Source: Woeseiaceae bacterium
GTDB lineage: Bacteria > Pseudomonadota > Gammaproteobacteria > Steroidobacterales > Woeseiaceae
DNA: 64,000 nt
NCBI GenBank assembly: GCA_041572475.1
Contig: JBFFSI010000005.1
Location: 475 to 64,474, forward strand
Reading direction: 5' to 3'
This document shows, piece after piece, positions 34,084-42,174 of this stretch. Below the pieces are notes generated by a model. It ran no database searches. It saw only the letters and a list, made by a program, of their open reading frames with translations, and had not been told where the DNA came from. A program made the position numbers and the translations under genes. Positions within the stretch are counted from its first letter, which is position 1; each line of letters starts with the position of its first letter.

Positions 34084-34929
34084 GTGTCGAAGATTGCCGC
34101 GTTGCAGCCCGCCGACATCGAGCGCCCCGTGCTCGACCTGTCGGGTGACGCGCTGCGCGCGGGCCTGAAGGCCATGGTGGTGTGCAGCGAGGAACACGGC
34201 GGCATCGAGCGCTATGTGGATGCCGTCAAGCTGAAGAGCAAGTTGTTCCGCGAGGCCCTCGTGGAAACCTCCGTGGACAACCTGGAGCTCGAGACCTTCA
34301 AGGGGCTGTGCACGTTCATGGCGACGGTGCGGCGGCGCGTCAGTGGCTGGCTGACGACAGACTCTTTCGACCACATGCGCGGGCGCATCAAGGAACTACT
34401 GGAAGGCGATGCCGACGTGGACGCCCGCATCGCGGCCTTCTGTAGCCATTTCCCGACTGACAAGCGGCATCGCTGGGTGCGGGATCTCGCCACCGAGCTG
34501 CTGCACAATTCCGATCCCGAGCGCATCCCGCTGATGAACCGCTGGGTGTGGGATGCGAAAGCCAACACCGGCGTCATCCGTGAGATCTGGCACGGCGACG
34601 ACGTGGATCACATGACCATTCCGGTAGCGGACGGCTACGGTACCTACGTGATGCTGCGGGAAGAGCTCAGCCAGTTCCTGAGCGACGAAGGTATGTTCCG
34701 GGATGTCCTGCAATACGTGGATATGCTCTGCGCGCAGATCTATGCGCAATACATCTGCGAGCAGGGCGGCAGCTACCTGCGCACGGATTTCTCGGCGCCG
34801 GAAGACCCGATGGAACACACGCGGCGCCTGCTGGGACTTGACGGCGTCCGCCCGGGCAACGGCAAGACGAGACTCAAATCGATCGACGGCGAGGCTTTCG
34901 TCATCGAGGACAACAAACTGTTGAACTGA
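34084..34929 (+). CDS. Conserved 'Hyp' protein of sHdr clusters (between hdrA and hdrC2)
   Basis: 281 aa from GTG 34084, 11 nt after hdrA and 6 nt before hdrC2. Position and size match the conserved hypothetical of described shdr loci. No motif is known to me. Confidence 0.7.
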   Translation: MSKIAALQPADIERPVLDLSGDALRAGLKAMVVCSEEHGGIERYVDAVKLKSKLFREALVETSVDNLELETFKGLCTFMATVRRRVSGWLTTDSFDHMRGRIKELLEGDADVDARIAAFCSHFPTDKRHRWVRDLATELLHNSDPERIPLMNRWVWDAKANTGVIREIWHGDDVDHMTIPVADGYGTYVMLREELSQFLSDEGMFRDVLQYVDMLCAQIYAQYICEQGGSYLRTDFSAPEDPMEHTRRLLGLDGVRPGNGKTRLKSIDGEAFVIEDNKLLN

Positions 34930-34935
34930 CCGACC

Positions 34936-35700
34936 ATGCCAATTCACGAAAAATCGCTGATCCGCCCCGAAAACCTCAAGACGCACGATGAACTCGTCCT
35001 CGATGGGGTCGATGTCTCCGGCCACTGGAGCACCTTCATCGAATCCCGCGTCGTGACCGACTACAACGAAAAACTGGAGGACGAGATCGCCGCGCTCCCG
35101 GGCGGCGAGCACATCCACCGCTGCTGGCAATGCGGGTCCTGCACGAACTCCTGCACGGTCCATGCCATCAACCCGGACTTCAACCCGCGCTACTGGATCT
35201 ACCTGATCCGCATTGGCATGGAATCCGAGCTGCTGCGCGACAAGGACATCATCTGGCAGTGCGTGTCCTGCAACAAGTGCACCTACGCCTGCCCCCGCGA
35301 CGTGTTCCCCGAGGGTGTGATGAAGGCGACCGGGCACTGGCTCGAGCGCAAGGGCCACACCGAGAAGTCACCCTCGACGCACTTCGACGAGGTGTTCACC
35401 GAGCAGGTCGTCAAGACCGGCAAGATCGAGGAAAGCCGGACAATTCGGCGGTTCTTCACGCGCACGAAACAGGCGCTGGTGCAGCCCTGGATGGTCGAGA
35501 TGATGATACGGCTGCTGCGGGGCCTGCCCGTCGGCCTGCTGACCCGGATGGGTCTTGCCACGCTGGTGGCGCCGCGCACCAGCGGCTGGTCGCGAGCGTC
35601 GCAGGCGATGCAGGAGTATATCGACGAGCAGCATGCGAAACAGGAAGAGGCATTGACGCTGGCACAGACTATCGAAAAGGCGCGTCGGGACGCCGCCTAG
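34936..35700 (+). CDS. hdrC2: sHdrC2, ferredoxin-like subunit
   Basis: CWQCGSCTNSCT and CVSCNKCTYACP. Confidence 0.85.
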   Translation: MPIHEKSLIRPENLKTHDELVLDGVDVSGHWSTFIESRVVTDYNEKLEDEIAALPGGEHIHRCWQCGSCTNSCTVHAINPDFNPRYWIYLIRIGMESELLRDKDIIWQCVSCNKCTYACPRDVFPEGVMKATGHWLERKGHTEKSPSTHFDEVFTEQVVKTGKIEESRTIRRFFTRTKQALVQPWMVEMMIRLLRGLPVGLLTRMGLATLVAPRTSGWSRASQAMQEYIDEQHAKQEEALTLAQTIEKARRDAA

Positions 35701-35709
35701 GAACATTAG

Positions 35710-36642
35710 ATGACGACGAAAGACAAGTACAAGAAGGTGGCCTACTACCCGGGCTGCGCGCTCGAGGGCACCGGGCATTCCTATAACCGTTCGACCAAGG
35801 CCGTCGGCAAGGCGCTGGGACTCGACCTGGTCGAGGTCAAGAACTGGAACTGCTGCGGGGCGATGGAAGTCAAGAACGTTGACCCCAAGCTGCAGACCTA
35901 CCTGTCCTCGCGGGTCATGTCGATCGCGGCCAACGAGATGGACATGGACGTAGTGATGGCGCCTTGCAACGGCTGTTACCACAACCTGAAGAAAGCCGAG
36001 TACGATCTCGCCAACGACAAGGAATCGGTCGACGTCGTCGACAAGCTGTCCAAGAAGGCTGGCCACAAGACCTACGAGTCCGGCCAGGTTGAGACCATTC
36101 ATGCGCTCGACTGGATCAAGGACTCGATCGGCGAGGACGGCCTCGCGGAGCGGGTCAAGAATTCGCTCTCCGGCATCAAGATCGCCAACTACTACGGCTG
36201 CATGTACACGCGTCCGCGGCACATCTTCCCCGAGAAGGACGCAGGCCCAGGCTCGGAGTCGACGTCCAAACCGCATTTCATGGACGATCTGCTCGCGGCG
36301 GCCGGCGCCGAAAACGTCGACTTCCCGCTGAAGACAGCCTGTTGCGGCGGCGCGCATACACTGTCCGACAGTGACACCTCGACCAAGCTCGTGCTGAACA
36401 TCCTGAAGACCGCGAAAATGGCCGGAGCGGACGTGATCGCAACCGAGTGTCCCACGTGTCACACAGGTCTCGAAATGCACCAGATTCGTGCGGAAAAGAC
36501 CCTGGGCGTGACCGTCGACATCAAGATTCTCTATTTCACGCAGCTGCTCGGCATGGCGCTCGGCCTGAAGCCGAAGAAGGTCGGAGTCCACGAGAACATC
36601 TCCGACTCCCGCAGCTTCCTGAAGGAAAAAGGGCTCGCATGA
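35710..36642 (+). CDS. hdrB2: sHdrB2, double CCG-domain subunit
   Basis: YYPGCALEG...NWNCCGA and YYGCMYTRP...KTACCGGAHT. Confidence 0.87.
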   Translation: MTTKDKYKKVAYYPGCALEGTGHSYNRSTKAVGKALGLDLVEVKNWNCCGAMEVKNVDPKLQTYLSSRVMSIAANEMDMDVVMAPCNGCYHNLKKAEYDLANDKESVDVVDKLSKKAGHKTYESGQVETIHALDWIKDSIGEDGLAERVKNSLSGIKIANYYGCMYTRPRHIFPEKDAGPGSESTSKPHFMDDLLAAAGAENVDFPLKTACCGGAHTLSDSDTSTKLVLNILKTAKMAGADVIATECPTCHTGLEMHQIRAEKTLGVTVDIKILYFTQLLGMALGLKPKKVGVHENISDSRSFLKEKGLA

Positions 36643-37082
36643 GGAGGCTGGCCGAGCTCGAGGCCGCCATCGACAGCCTGCCCGGCGAAAATGATGCAGT
36701 GCAGCAAGCCGAAGCCCTGCTCAAGGTCTCCGAGGAAGTCGTGGAGCACTGGATCATGGGGCGCGGCGACACGCCCACCGACGAGACGCGCGAGGGATTC
36801 CGATTGCTCGCATTGCACCGCCAGGGCGCAAAGGGCGATCCGAGCTTCAACGCCTGCCGAGAGACCTGCCGCGAAATCGCTTATCATTACAACCTGGTTA
36901 CGATGCAGCCGGAGCATGGGGAAACCATGCATCGTCTGGATATGATGAAAATGATATGCAACCACCTGTATCTATTTATCAGTGGCAAAATGCAGGTAGC
37001 AGAGCTGGGGGAGTTTTGCTGTTCCTCCAAGCCGATTCGGCTGGCGCCTGAGGCCAGGAAACAAACGAGAAAGGAGGCTTAG
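36639..37082 (+). CDS. Cys-containing hypothetical protein wedged between hdrB2 and lbpA
   Basis: The ATG overlaps the hdrB2 stop (ATGA at 36639-36642). Its stop at 37080-37082 is 2 nt before lbpA. 147 aa with CRETC, a single C and a CC pair. The first two-thirds have normal high GC3; the last third is AT-richer. No family recognised. Confidence 0.55.
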   Translation: MRRLAELEAAIDSLPGENDAVQQAEALLKVSEEVVEHWIMGRGDTPTDETREGFRLLALHRQGAKGDPSFNACRETCREIAYHYNLVTMQPEHGETMHRLDMMKMICNHLYLFISGKMQVAELGEFCCSSKPIRLAPEARKQTRKEA

Positions 37083-37084
37083 CG

Positions 37085-37525
37085 ATGCCAACAGTACGGG
37101 GTTGTTACTTGCCGGATGAGCTTCTCTACGACGTAGACAATCACATCTGGTTCCAGGAGCAGGGTGACGGCAACGTGAAGATCGGCATGACGGCTGTCGC
37201 GACGGCGATGGCCGGCAAACTGGTGGCGTTCACGCCGAAGCGGGTCGGTCGCTCGGTGCGGGCCGGCAAATCCTGTGGCACGCTGGAGTCCGGCAAGTGG
37301 GTCGGGCCTGCCAAGTCTCTCACCGGCGGCGAAGTTGTCGCAGTGAACGACGACATGGTTGCCAATCCCGGCATTGCGAACGACGATCCTTACGAGGCCG
37401 GCTGGCTGCTGGTCCTGAAGCCGGAGGACTGGGATACGGTCAAGGGCTCGCTCGTCGTGGGCAGCGACGTAACGGCGCCCTACGAAGCCAAGATGGACTC
37501 GGAGGGCTTCGGCGGCTGCGCCTAA
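37085..37525 (+). CDS. lbpA: Lipoate-binding protein LbpA (GcvH-like)
   Basis: GcvH fold blocks: HIWFQEQGDGNVKIGMT...CGTLESGKWVGPAKSLTGGEVVAVNDD...PYEAGWLLVLKP. The lipoyl-lysine lies in ESGKW. AAGGAGG SD is at 37071-37077. Confidence 0.87.
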   Translation: MPTVRGCYLPDELLYDVDNHIWFQEQGDGNVKIGMTAVATAMAGKLVAFTPKRVGRSVRAGKSCGTLESGKWVGPAKSLTGGEVVAVNDDMVANPGIANDDPYEAGWLLVLKPEDWDTVKGSLVVGSDVTAPYEAKMDSEGFGGCA

Positions 37526-37551
37526 GCGCGCCCCGGGGGGAGCATTCGAGC

Positions 37552-37908
37552 GTGGGCAAGAACAGCAGCGCCGCGATGACCGTGGAGCATTCGCCGATGA
37601 GCGAACTGCACGGCATGGCCTCGAACGCCTGCGAATTGCTCAAGGCGATGGCAAACGAGTGGCGGCTGATGATCCTGTGCCAGCTGTCCGAAGGGGAGAA
37701 GACGGTTGGCGAGCTGCAACGCACTCTGGGCATCAGCCAGTCGGCGCTGTCGCAGCACCTGGCCATCCTCAGGCGCGAGAAAATCGTCGTCTCGAGAAAA
37801 CAGGCCCAGTCGGTGAGTTACTCGCTGGCGGGAGATGAAGCAACGAAAGTAATGGAATCGCTGCATGACGTGTTCTGCGGGGCGGCGAAGGCGGAGGAGT
37901 CAAAGTAA
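37552..37908 (+). CDS. ArsR/SmtB-family transcriptional regulator, sHdrR/SoxR-like
   Basis: Winged HTH: EWRLMILCQLSEGEKTVGELQRTLGISQSALSQHLAILRREKIV. Cys residues lie in NACELL, ILCQL and VFCGA. The start is GTG 37552 (GGGGGAG 10 nt upstream) or ATG 37576. Confidence 0.8.
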   Translation: MGKNSSAAMTVEHSPMSELHGMASNACELLKAMANEWRLMILCQLSEGEKTVGELQRTLGISQSALSQHLAILRREKIVVSRKQAQSVSYSLAGDEATKVMESLHDVFCGAAKAEESK

Positions 37909-39350
37909 TGAAGTCAATGATCAGAAAGTCCACGGCACTCGCCCTGGCTGTATCCGCGCTGAGCCTCAGCGGCACGGCGATGGCGACCAACGGCTATTTC
38001 ACTCACGGCGTCGGCGCCGAATCGAAGGGCATGGCAGGAACCGGTATCGGTTCCGACAATTTCAGCGGCTCGATCATCGTCGCATCCAACCCGGCGCTCG
38101 GCGTGTTTGCCGATGACAGCTGGGAGATCGGCCTGTCGTTCTTCAGCCCGAGGCGCAGCTACGAGGCCGGCCAGAGCTTTGTCAACGGCAACTTCGGCGC
38201 GTTCACGATCGGTGCCGGCAGCTTCGACAGCGGCAGCGAATGGTTCCCGATTCCGTACATTTCCAAGAACTGGCGCCTCGGGAGCGGCGCCGCGATAACG
38301 ACGGCATTCTACGGCCGTGGCGGCATGAACACCGACTGGGACGACTCGAATACGTTCGCGACCTTCGATCCCGACGGAGACGGCCCGACTCCGATTGTTT
38401 CGCCGTCCGGACCCTTCGGCGATGGCGAGGCCGGCGTAGACCTCTCGCAGGCTTTCCTGGCCGTCAACTACTCGGCCAAGATCGGCGACAATTTCGCTAT
38501 CGGCATCGGCCCCATATTCGCGATCCAGATGTTCGAGGCGAAGGGCGTCGGCACGTTTGCGGGCTATACGAAGACCTTTAACACCGTATATCCCGGCTAC
38601 GTTGGCGCCTGCGTGCAGGCCGGCGGCAATCCGCTGCTCTGCCAGCTTCAAGCCCTGGAACCGGCCGCAGGGGACGTGACGAGCCTGACCGACAACGGCC
38701 ACGAACTCTCGACCGGCTTCGGCGGCGCCGCCGGGTTCTGGTGGGGTGTCACCGACTCGTTCAGCGTCGGCGCTTCCTACACCTCCAAGATGTCGATGAG
38801 CGAGTTCGATGACTACAGCGACCTGTTCGCGGAAGCAGGTGGCTTCGACATCCCGTCCAGCACCAAGCTCGGCTTTACGTTCGGCCGCGGCACCAACGTG
38901 CTCGTCAACTTCGACGTCGAGCAGACCCAGTTCAGCGAGGTCGACTCGGTCGGCAACCCGCTGGCAAACATCGCGGGCTGCCCGTCGGCTGGCCTGGGCG
39001 GAACGGACGTCGAGTCCTGCCTCGGCGGCAAGAACGGCGCCGGTTTCGGTTGGGACGACATGACCACCTACAAGCTCGGCGTCGAGTGGACCGTGGATGA
39101 CTCGACGGTCTGGCGCTTCGGCTACAGCTACGGCAAGCAGCCGATCAATGAGGCCGACGTGCTGTTCAATATCCTCGCGCCGGGTGTCATGGAAGAGCAC
39201 ATCACGCTGGGCCTGACCAGGGACAAATGGCACTTCTCGCTGATGTACGCGCCGCCATTCTCGGTCAAGGGCCAGAACTTGTTCGACCCGACGCAGGAGA
39301 TCGAGCTGACGATGCGCCAGCTGGAGTTTGAAGTCGCGTACTCGTTCTAG
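37908..39350 (+). CDS. FadL/OmpP1/TodX-family outer-membrane hydrophobic-compound channel
   Basis: Signal peptide ...ALSLSGTAMA. N-terminal TNGYFTHGVGAESKGMAGTG hatch-domain motif. Aromatic-rich beta strands and a terminal ...VAYSF. The ATG shares one nt with the regulator's TAA (TAATG, 37906-37910). Confidence 0.8.
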   Translation: MKSMIRKSTALALAVSALSLSGTAMATNGYFTHGVGAESKGMAGTGIGSDNFSGSIIVASNPALGVFADDSWEIGLSFFSPRRSYEAGQSFVNGNFGAFTIGAGSFDSGSEWFPIPYISKNWRLGSGAAITTAFYGRGGMNTDWDDSNTFATFDPDGDGPTPIVSPSGPFGDGEAGVDLSQAFLAVNYSAKIGDNFAIGIGPIFAIQMFEAKGVGTFAGYTKTFNTVYPGYVGACVQAGGNPLLCQLQALEPAAGDVTSLTDNGHELSTGFGGAAGFWWGVTDSFSVGASYTSKMSMSEFDDYSDLFAEAGGFDIPSSTKLGFTFGRGTNVLVNFDVEQTQFSEVDSVGNPLANIAGCPSAGLGGTDVESCLGGKNGAGFGWDDMTTYKLGVEWTVDDSTVWRFGYSYGKQPINEADVLFNILAPGVMEEHITLGLTRDKWHFSLMYAPPFSVKGQNLFDPTQEIELTMRQLEFEVAYSF

Positions 39351-39359
39351 GGCGGGATC

Positions 39360-40388
39360 GTGAAAACACTTCGCACCTGGTCGGCGGCAGTGCTGGGCAT
39401 CCTGTGCCTGGCGCTGCCGGCGCTGGCCGCCAAAGATATTGGTATCTTCGAGACGATCCTCGAGTCGTCACAGTCGTTCGATGCGACCGCGGCCGCCGTT
39501 GAGTCGGCTTTCGACGAGTCCGAGTTCAAGCTGCACGCCATGCATAACGTGCGCGTTCCCGACGACAAGCACCAGGCGAGGCTATATGTGCTGACCTCTC
39601 CCGCCTACCTGGCGGCGGCAGCCGCCGAGTCGCCGCGCACGGTGTCGGCGCAGGTCCTGCGGGTCGCGGTCTATACGCTCGGCGACGAGCAGAAGACCTA
39701 CGTGAACATGGCCAACCCGGTCGCGCACGCGATGGTGTATTACAGCGAGTCGGACAATTACCACGCTCTCGTCGAGGCGGCGAAGACCGCAGCGGCAGGC
39801 CTCAGGTCGGTCGTGCAGGCCCTGCCGGGCACGCCGGTCAGCCAGCAGCTCGAGCCGATGCGCGCCGAGAAGAAATACCGCAAGTTCAACGGCGACGGCC
39901 CCGCGAAGATGATGGCCAGGTTCCGCAACTGGGAGGAGAGCCAGCTGCAGATCCTGGAGGAGTCCGCGGATGACTTCGGTGCAGTGGTCGATCGTGTCGC
40001 TGCGGCGCTCGCCGCGGGCTCGGTTGCGGGCGCCGACGAGACGCGCGGCTGGGAGATCGTGACACAGATCCCCTTCGGCGAGGACGCCGTATACCTCGGC
40101 CTGACGAACCCCTACATCGAGGACCGGATGGTCCGCATCAACTCGCGCTTCCGTTCCGAAGGCAAGACGGAGGCCGCGCCTTATCCCGGCGTCGACCACG
40201 TGACGGCGCTGCCGACGGACTTGCTGATCGTTCGCGGCGGCAACAAGACCCGCGTGTTGCATTACGGCCAGATGTGGCGCATGCAGCTGTACTTCTGGGA
40301 TTCCGGCTACCGCGCGTTTACCGCCAACATGGGCGTTCCCGGAGACATCGCGGATTCGATCGAAGCCGCCGTCCTCCAGGCCGAGTAG
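39360..40388 (+). CDS. Periplasmic protein of unknown function (possible tandem DUF302-like fold)
   Basis: GTG start 9 nt after the fadL-like stop. Signal peptide MKTLRTWSAAVLGILCLALPALAA. The N-terminal half (SFDATAAAVESAFDESEFKL...RLYVL...QVLRVAVYTLGDEQKTYVNMANP) resembles the DUF302 pattern from memory. Confidence 0.6.
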   Translation: MKTLRTWSAAVLGILCLALPALAAKDIGIFETILESSQSFDATAAAVESAFDESEFKLHAMHNVRVPDDKHQARLYVLTSPAYLAAAAAESPRTVSAQVLRVAVYTLGDEQKTYVNMANPVAHAMVYYSESDNYHALVEAAKTAAAGLRSVVQALPGTPVSQQLEPMRAEKKYRKFNGDGPAKMMARFRNWEESQLQILEESADDFGAVVDRVAAALAAGSVAGADETRGWEIVTQIPFGEDAVYLGLTNPYIEDRMVRINSRFRSEGKTEAAPYPGVDHVTALPTDLLIVRGGNKTRVLHYGQMWRMQLYFWDSGYRAFTANMGVPGDIADSIEAAVLQAE

Positions 40389-40438
40389 CTGTCAGGGGGT
40401 CCCTGTCCCGCTGGTTGGTCCCTGTTATTATCCCGGGC

Positions 40439-42172
40439 ATGAAGAAGGACAAACTCGACCCGGACTGGCTTCGCCAGCAAATCGTCGGCATCGATTCGAC
40501 CTTCGAGACGCCGTTCGGCGAACGACTGATGGTGTACTGTGACTACACGGCATCCGGCCGCTGCCTGCGTTTCGTCGAGTCCTACCTGCAGAGCCTGCAG
40601 CGCGTCTACGCGAATACCCACACCGAGGACGACATCACCGGCCGCAGCATGAGCCAGCTGCTGCACGAAGCCGAGATAGCGATCAAGGCGTCGGTCAATG
40701 CGGGGCCCGGCGGCCGGATTGTCGCCTGCGGCACGGGCGCGACCGGCGCGATCGACAAGCTGCAGCAGATCATCGGCGTGGCGCTTGCTCCCGCGACGCG
40801 CCAGAACATCGAGGGCCTGCTCGACGACCCCGACTCGGGATACACCAGCGGGGCCTTCCGGCAGCTTCTGCGCGACAGGCAGCCCGTCGTTTTTGTCGGT
40901 CCGTACGAGCATCACTCGAACGAACTGTCGTGGCGGCAGTCACTGGCGACGAGCATCGAGGTCCGGCTGGATGCCACCGGCAATATCGACCTCGCACATC
41001 TCGAAGAATTGTTGCAGGCGCCCGAATACCAGGACCGGCTGCGTATCGGCTCGTTCTCCGCCGCGTCCAACGTCACCGGTATCCGGTCCAACGTCCGCGA
41101 AATTGCCGCGCTGTTGCACAGGTATGGCGCGATCGCCTGTTTCGACTATGCGGCCTGTGCGCCGTATGTCGAAATCGACATGAACCCGGACGACGACGGT
41201 AACGGCGATGCCTCGATCGACGCGCTCTACGTGTCACCGCACAAGTTTCTCGGGGGCCCCGGTTCCAGCGGCGTACTCGTGTTCAACGAACGCATCTATC
41301 ACCGGGAATTGCCGCCGAGCGTGAGCGCAGGCGGCACCGTGGACTACGTCGGGCCGGAAGACCAGGATTACATCACGAGCATCGAGGAGCGCGAGAAGGC
41401 GGGCACGCCGGGTGTGCTGCAGACCATGAAGGCGGCGCTCGTGTTCCAGGTCAAGGACCGCGTCGGTGTCGATGTCATCGAGAAACGCGAACGCACGTTC
41501 ACAAAGCGAGCCCTCGATAGCTGGGGCGGAAACGAATACATCGAGATCCTGGGCAACCCCGACCCGGCGCAGCGTGTCGGGATCATCTCGTTCAACGTCC
41601 GCGACCATCGCGGCAGTTACCTGCACCACAAATTCGTGACGGCGCTGCTCAACGACCTGTTCGGCATCCAGTCGCGCGCGGGGTGCTCCTGTGCCGGGCC
41701 TTACGGGCACCGGCTCCTGAATATCGACCAGGAGACCTCGGAGAAGTACCGCGTGGCGGTGCAGCAGGGGTACTGCGGCTTGAAGCCCGGCTGGTGCCGG
41801 GTCGGCCTGCACTGGGTCATGGACGATGCCGAGGCGAACTACGTCATCGATGCCGTGAATTTCGTGGCCAACCACGGTCGCCACTTCCTCGGCCTGTACG
41901 ACTTCGACCTTGGCACGGGCACCTGGTCGCACAAGCAGGGCCCCGGGGTATTGCCGAGCTTTTCGCTGGGCGTGGCGCTGGTCGAGGATGAGGGGGAGCC
42001 GGCTACACTGTCGCTGGCGCTGCGCAGGCAACTCTACAATCACTACCTGACTGAGGCTGGCCGCTGGCTCGAGCGCCTCAAGGACAAACCTGAAGGGCCC
42101 CTCGAGTCACTCGAGGGGGACCTGGCGGACCTGCAGTTTTTCGCGCTGCCGCCGCAAACGTCCAGGCACTAG
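40439..42172 (+). CDS. Class-V aminotransferase-fold PLP enzyme, cysteine desulfurase-like with C-terminal extension
   Basis: PLP-Lys block VSPHKFLGGPGSSGVLVF. Cys loop SRAGCSCAGPYGH. The start is set at ATG 40439 (MKKDKLDP...). The ORF maximum of 40274 would overlap the previous gene. Confidence 0.78.
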   Translation: MKKDKLDPDWLRQQIVGIDSTFETPFGERLMVYCDYTASGRCLRFVESYLQSLQRVYANTHTEDDITGRSMSQLLHEAEIAIKASVNAGPGGRIVACGTGATGAIDKLQQIIGVALAPATRQNIEGLLDDPDSGYTSGAFRQLLRDRQPVVFVGPYEHHSNELSWRQSLATSIEVRLDATGNIDLAHLEELLQAPEYQDRLRIGSFSAASNVTGIRSNVREIAALLHRYGAIACFDYAACAPYVEIDMNPDDDGNGDASIDALYVSPHKFLGGPGSSGVLVFNERIYHRELPPSVSAGGTVDYVGPEDQDYITSIEEREKAGTPGVLQTMKAALVFQVKDRVGVDVIEKRERTFTKRALDSWGGNEYIEILGNPDPAQRVGIISFNVRDHRGSYLHHKFVTALLNDLFGIQSRAGCSCAGPYGHRLLNIDQETSEKYRVAVQQGYCGLKPGWCRVGLHWVMDDAEANYVIDAVNFVANHGRHFLGLYDFDLGTGTWSHKQGPGVLPSFSLGVALVEDEGEPATLSLALRRQLYNHYLTEAGRWLERLKDKPEGPLESLEGDLADLQFFALPPQTSRH

Positions 42173-42174
42173 GC

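Noticed and set aside
36965-36995. Sigma54 promoter (TGGCAAAATGCAGG) inside the wedged ORF, upstream of lbpA.
   Set aside because: The GG to GC spacing is about 7 nt instead of the required 10-11, so it does not fit the -24/-12 geometry.
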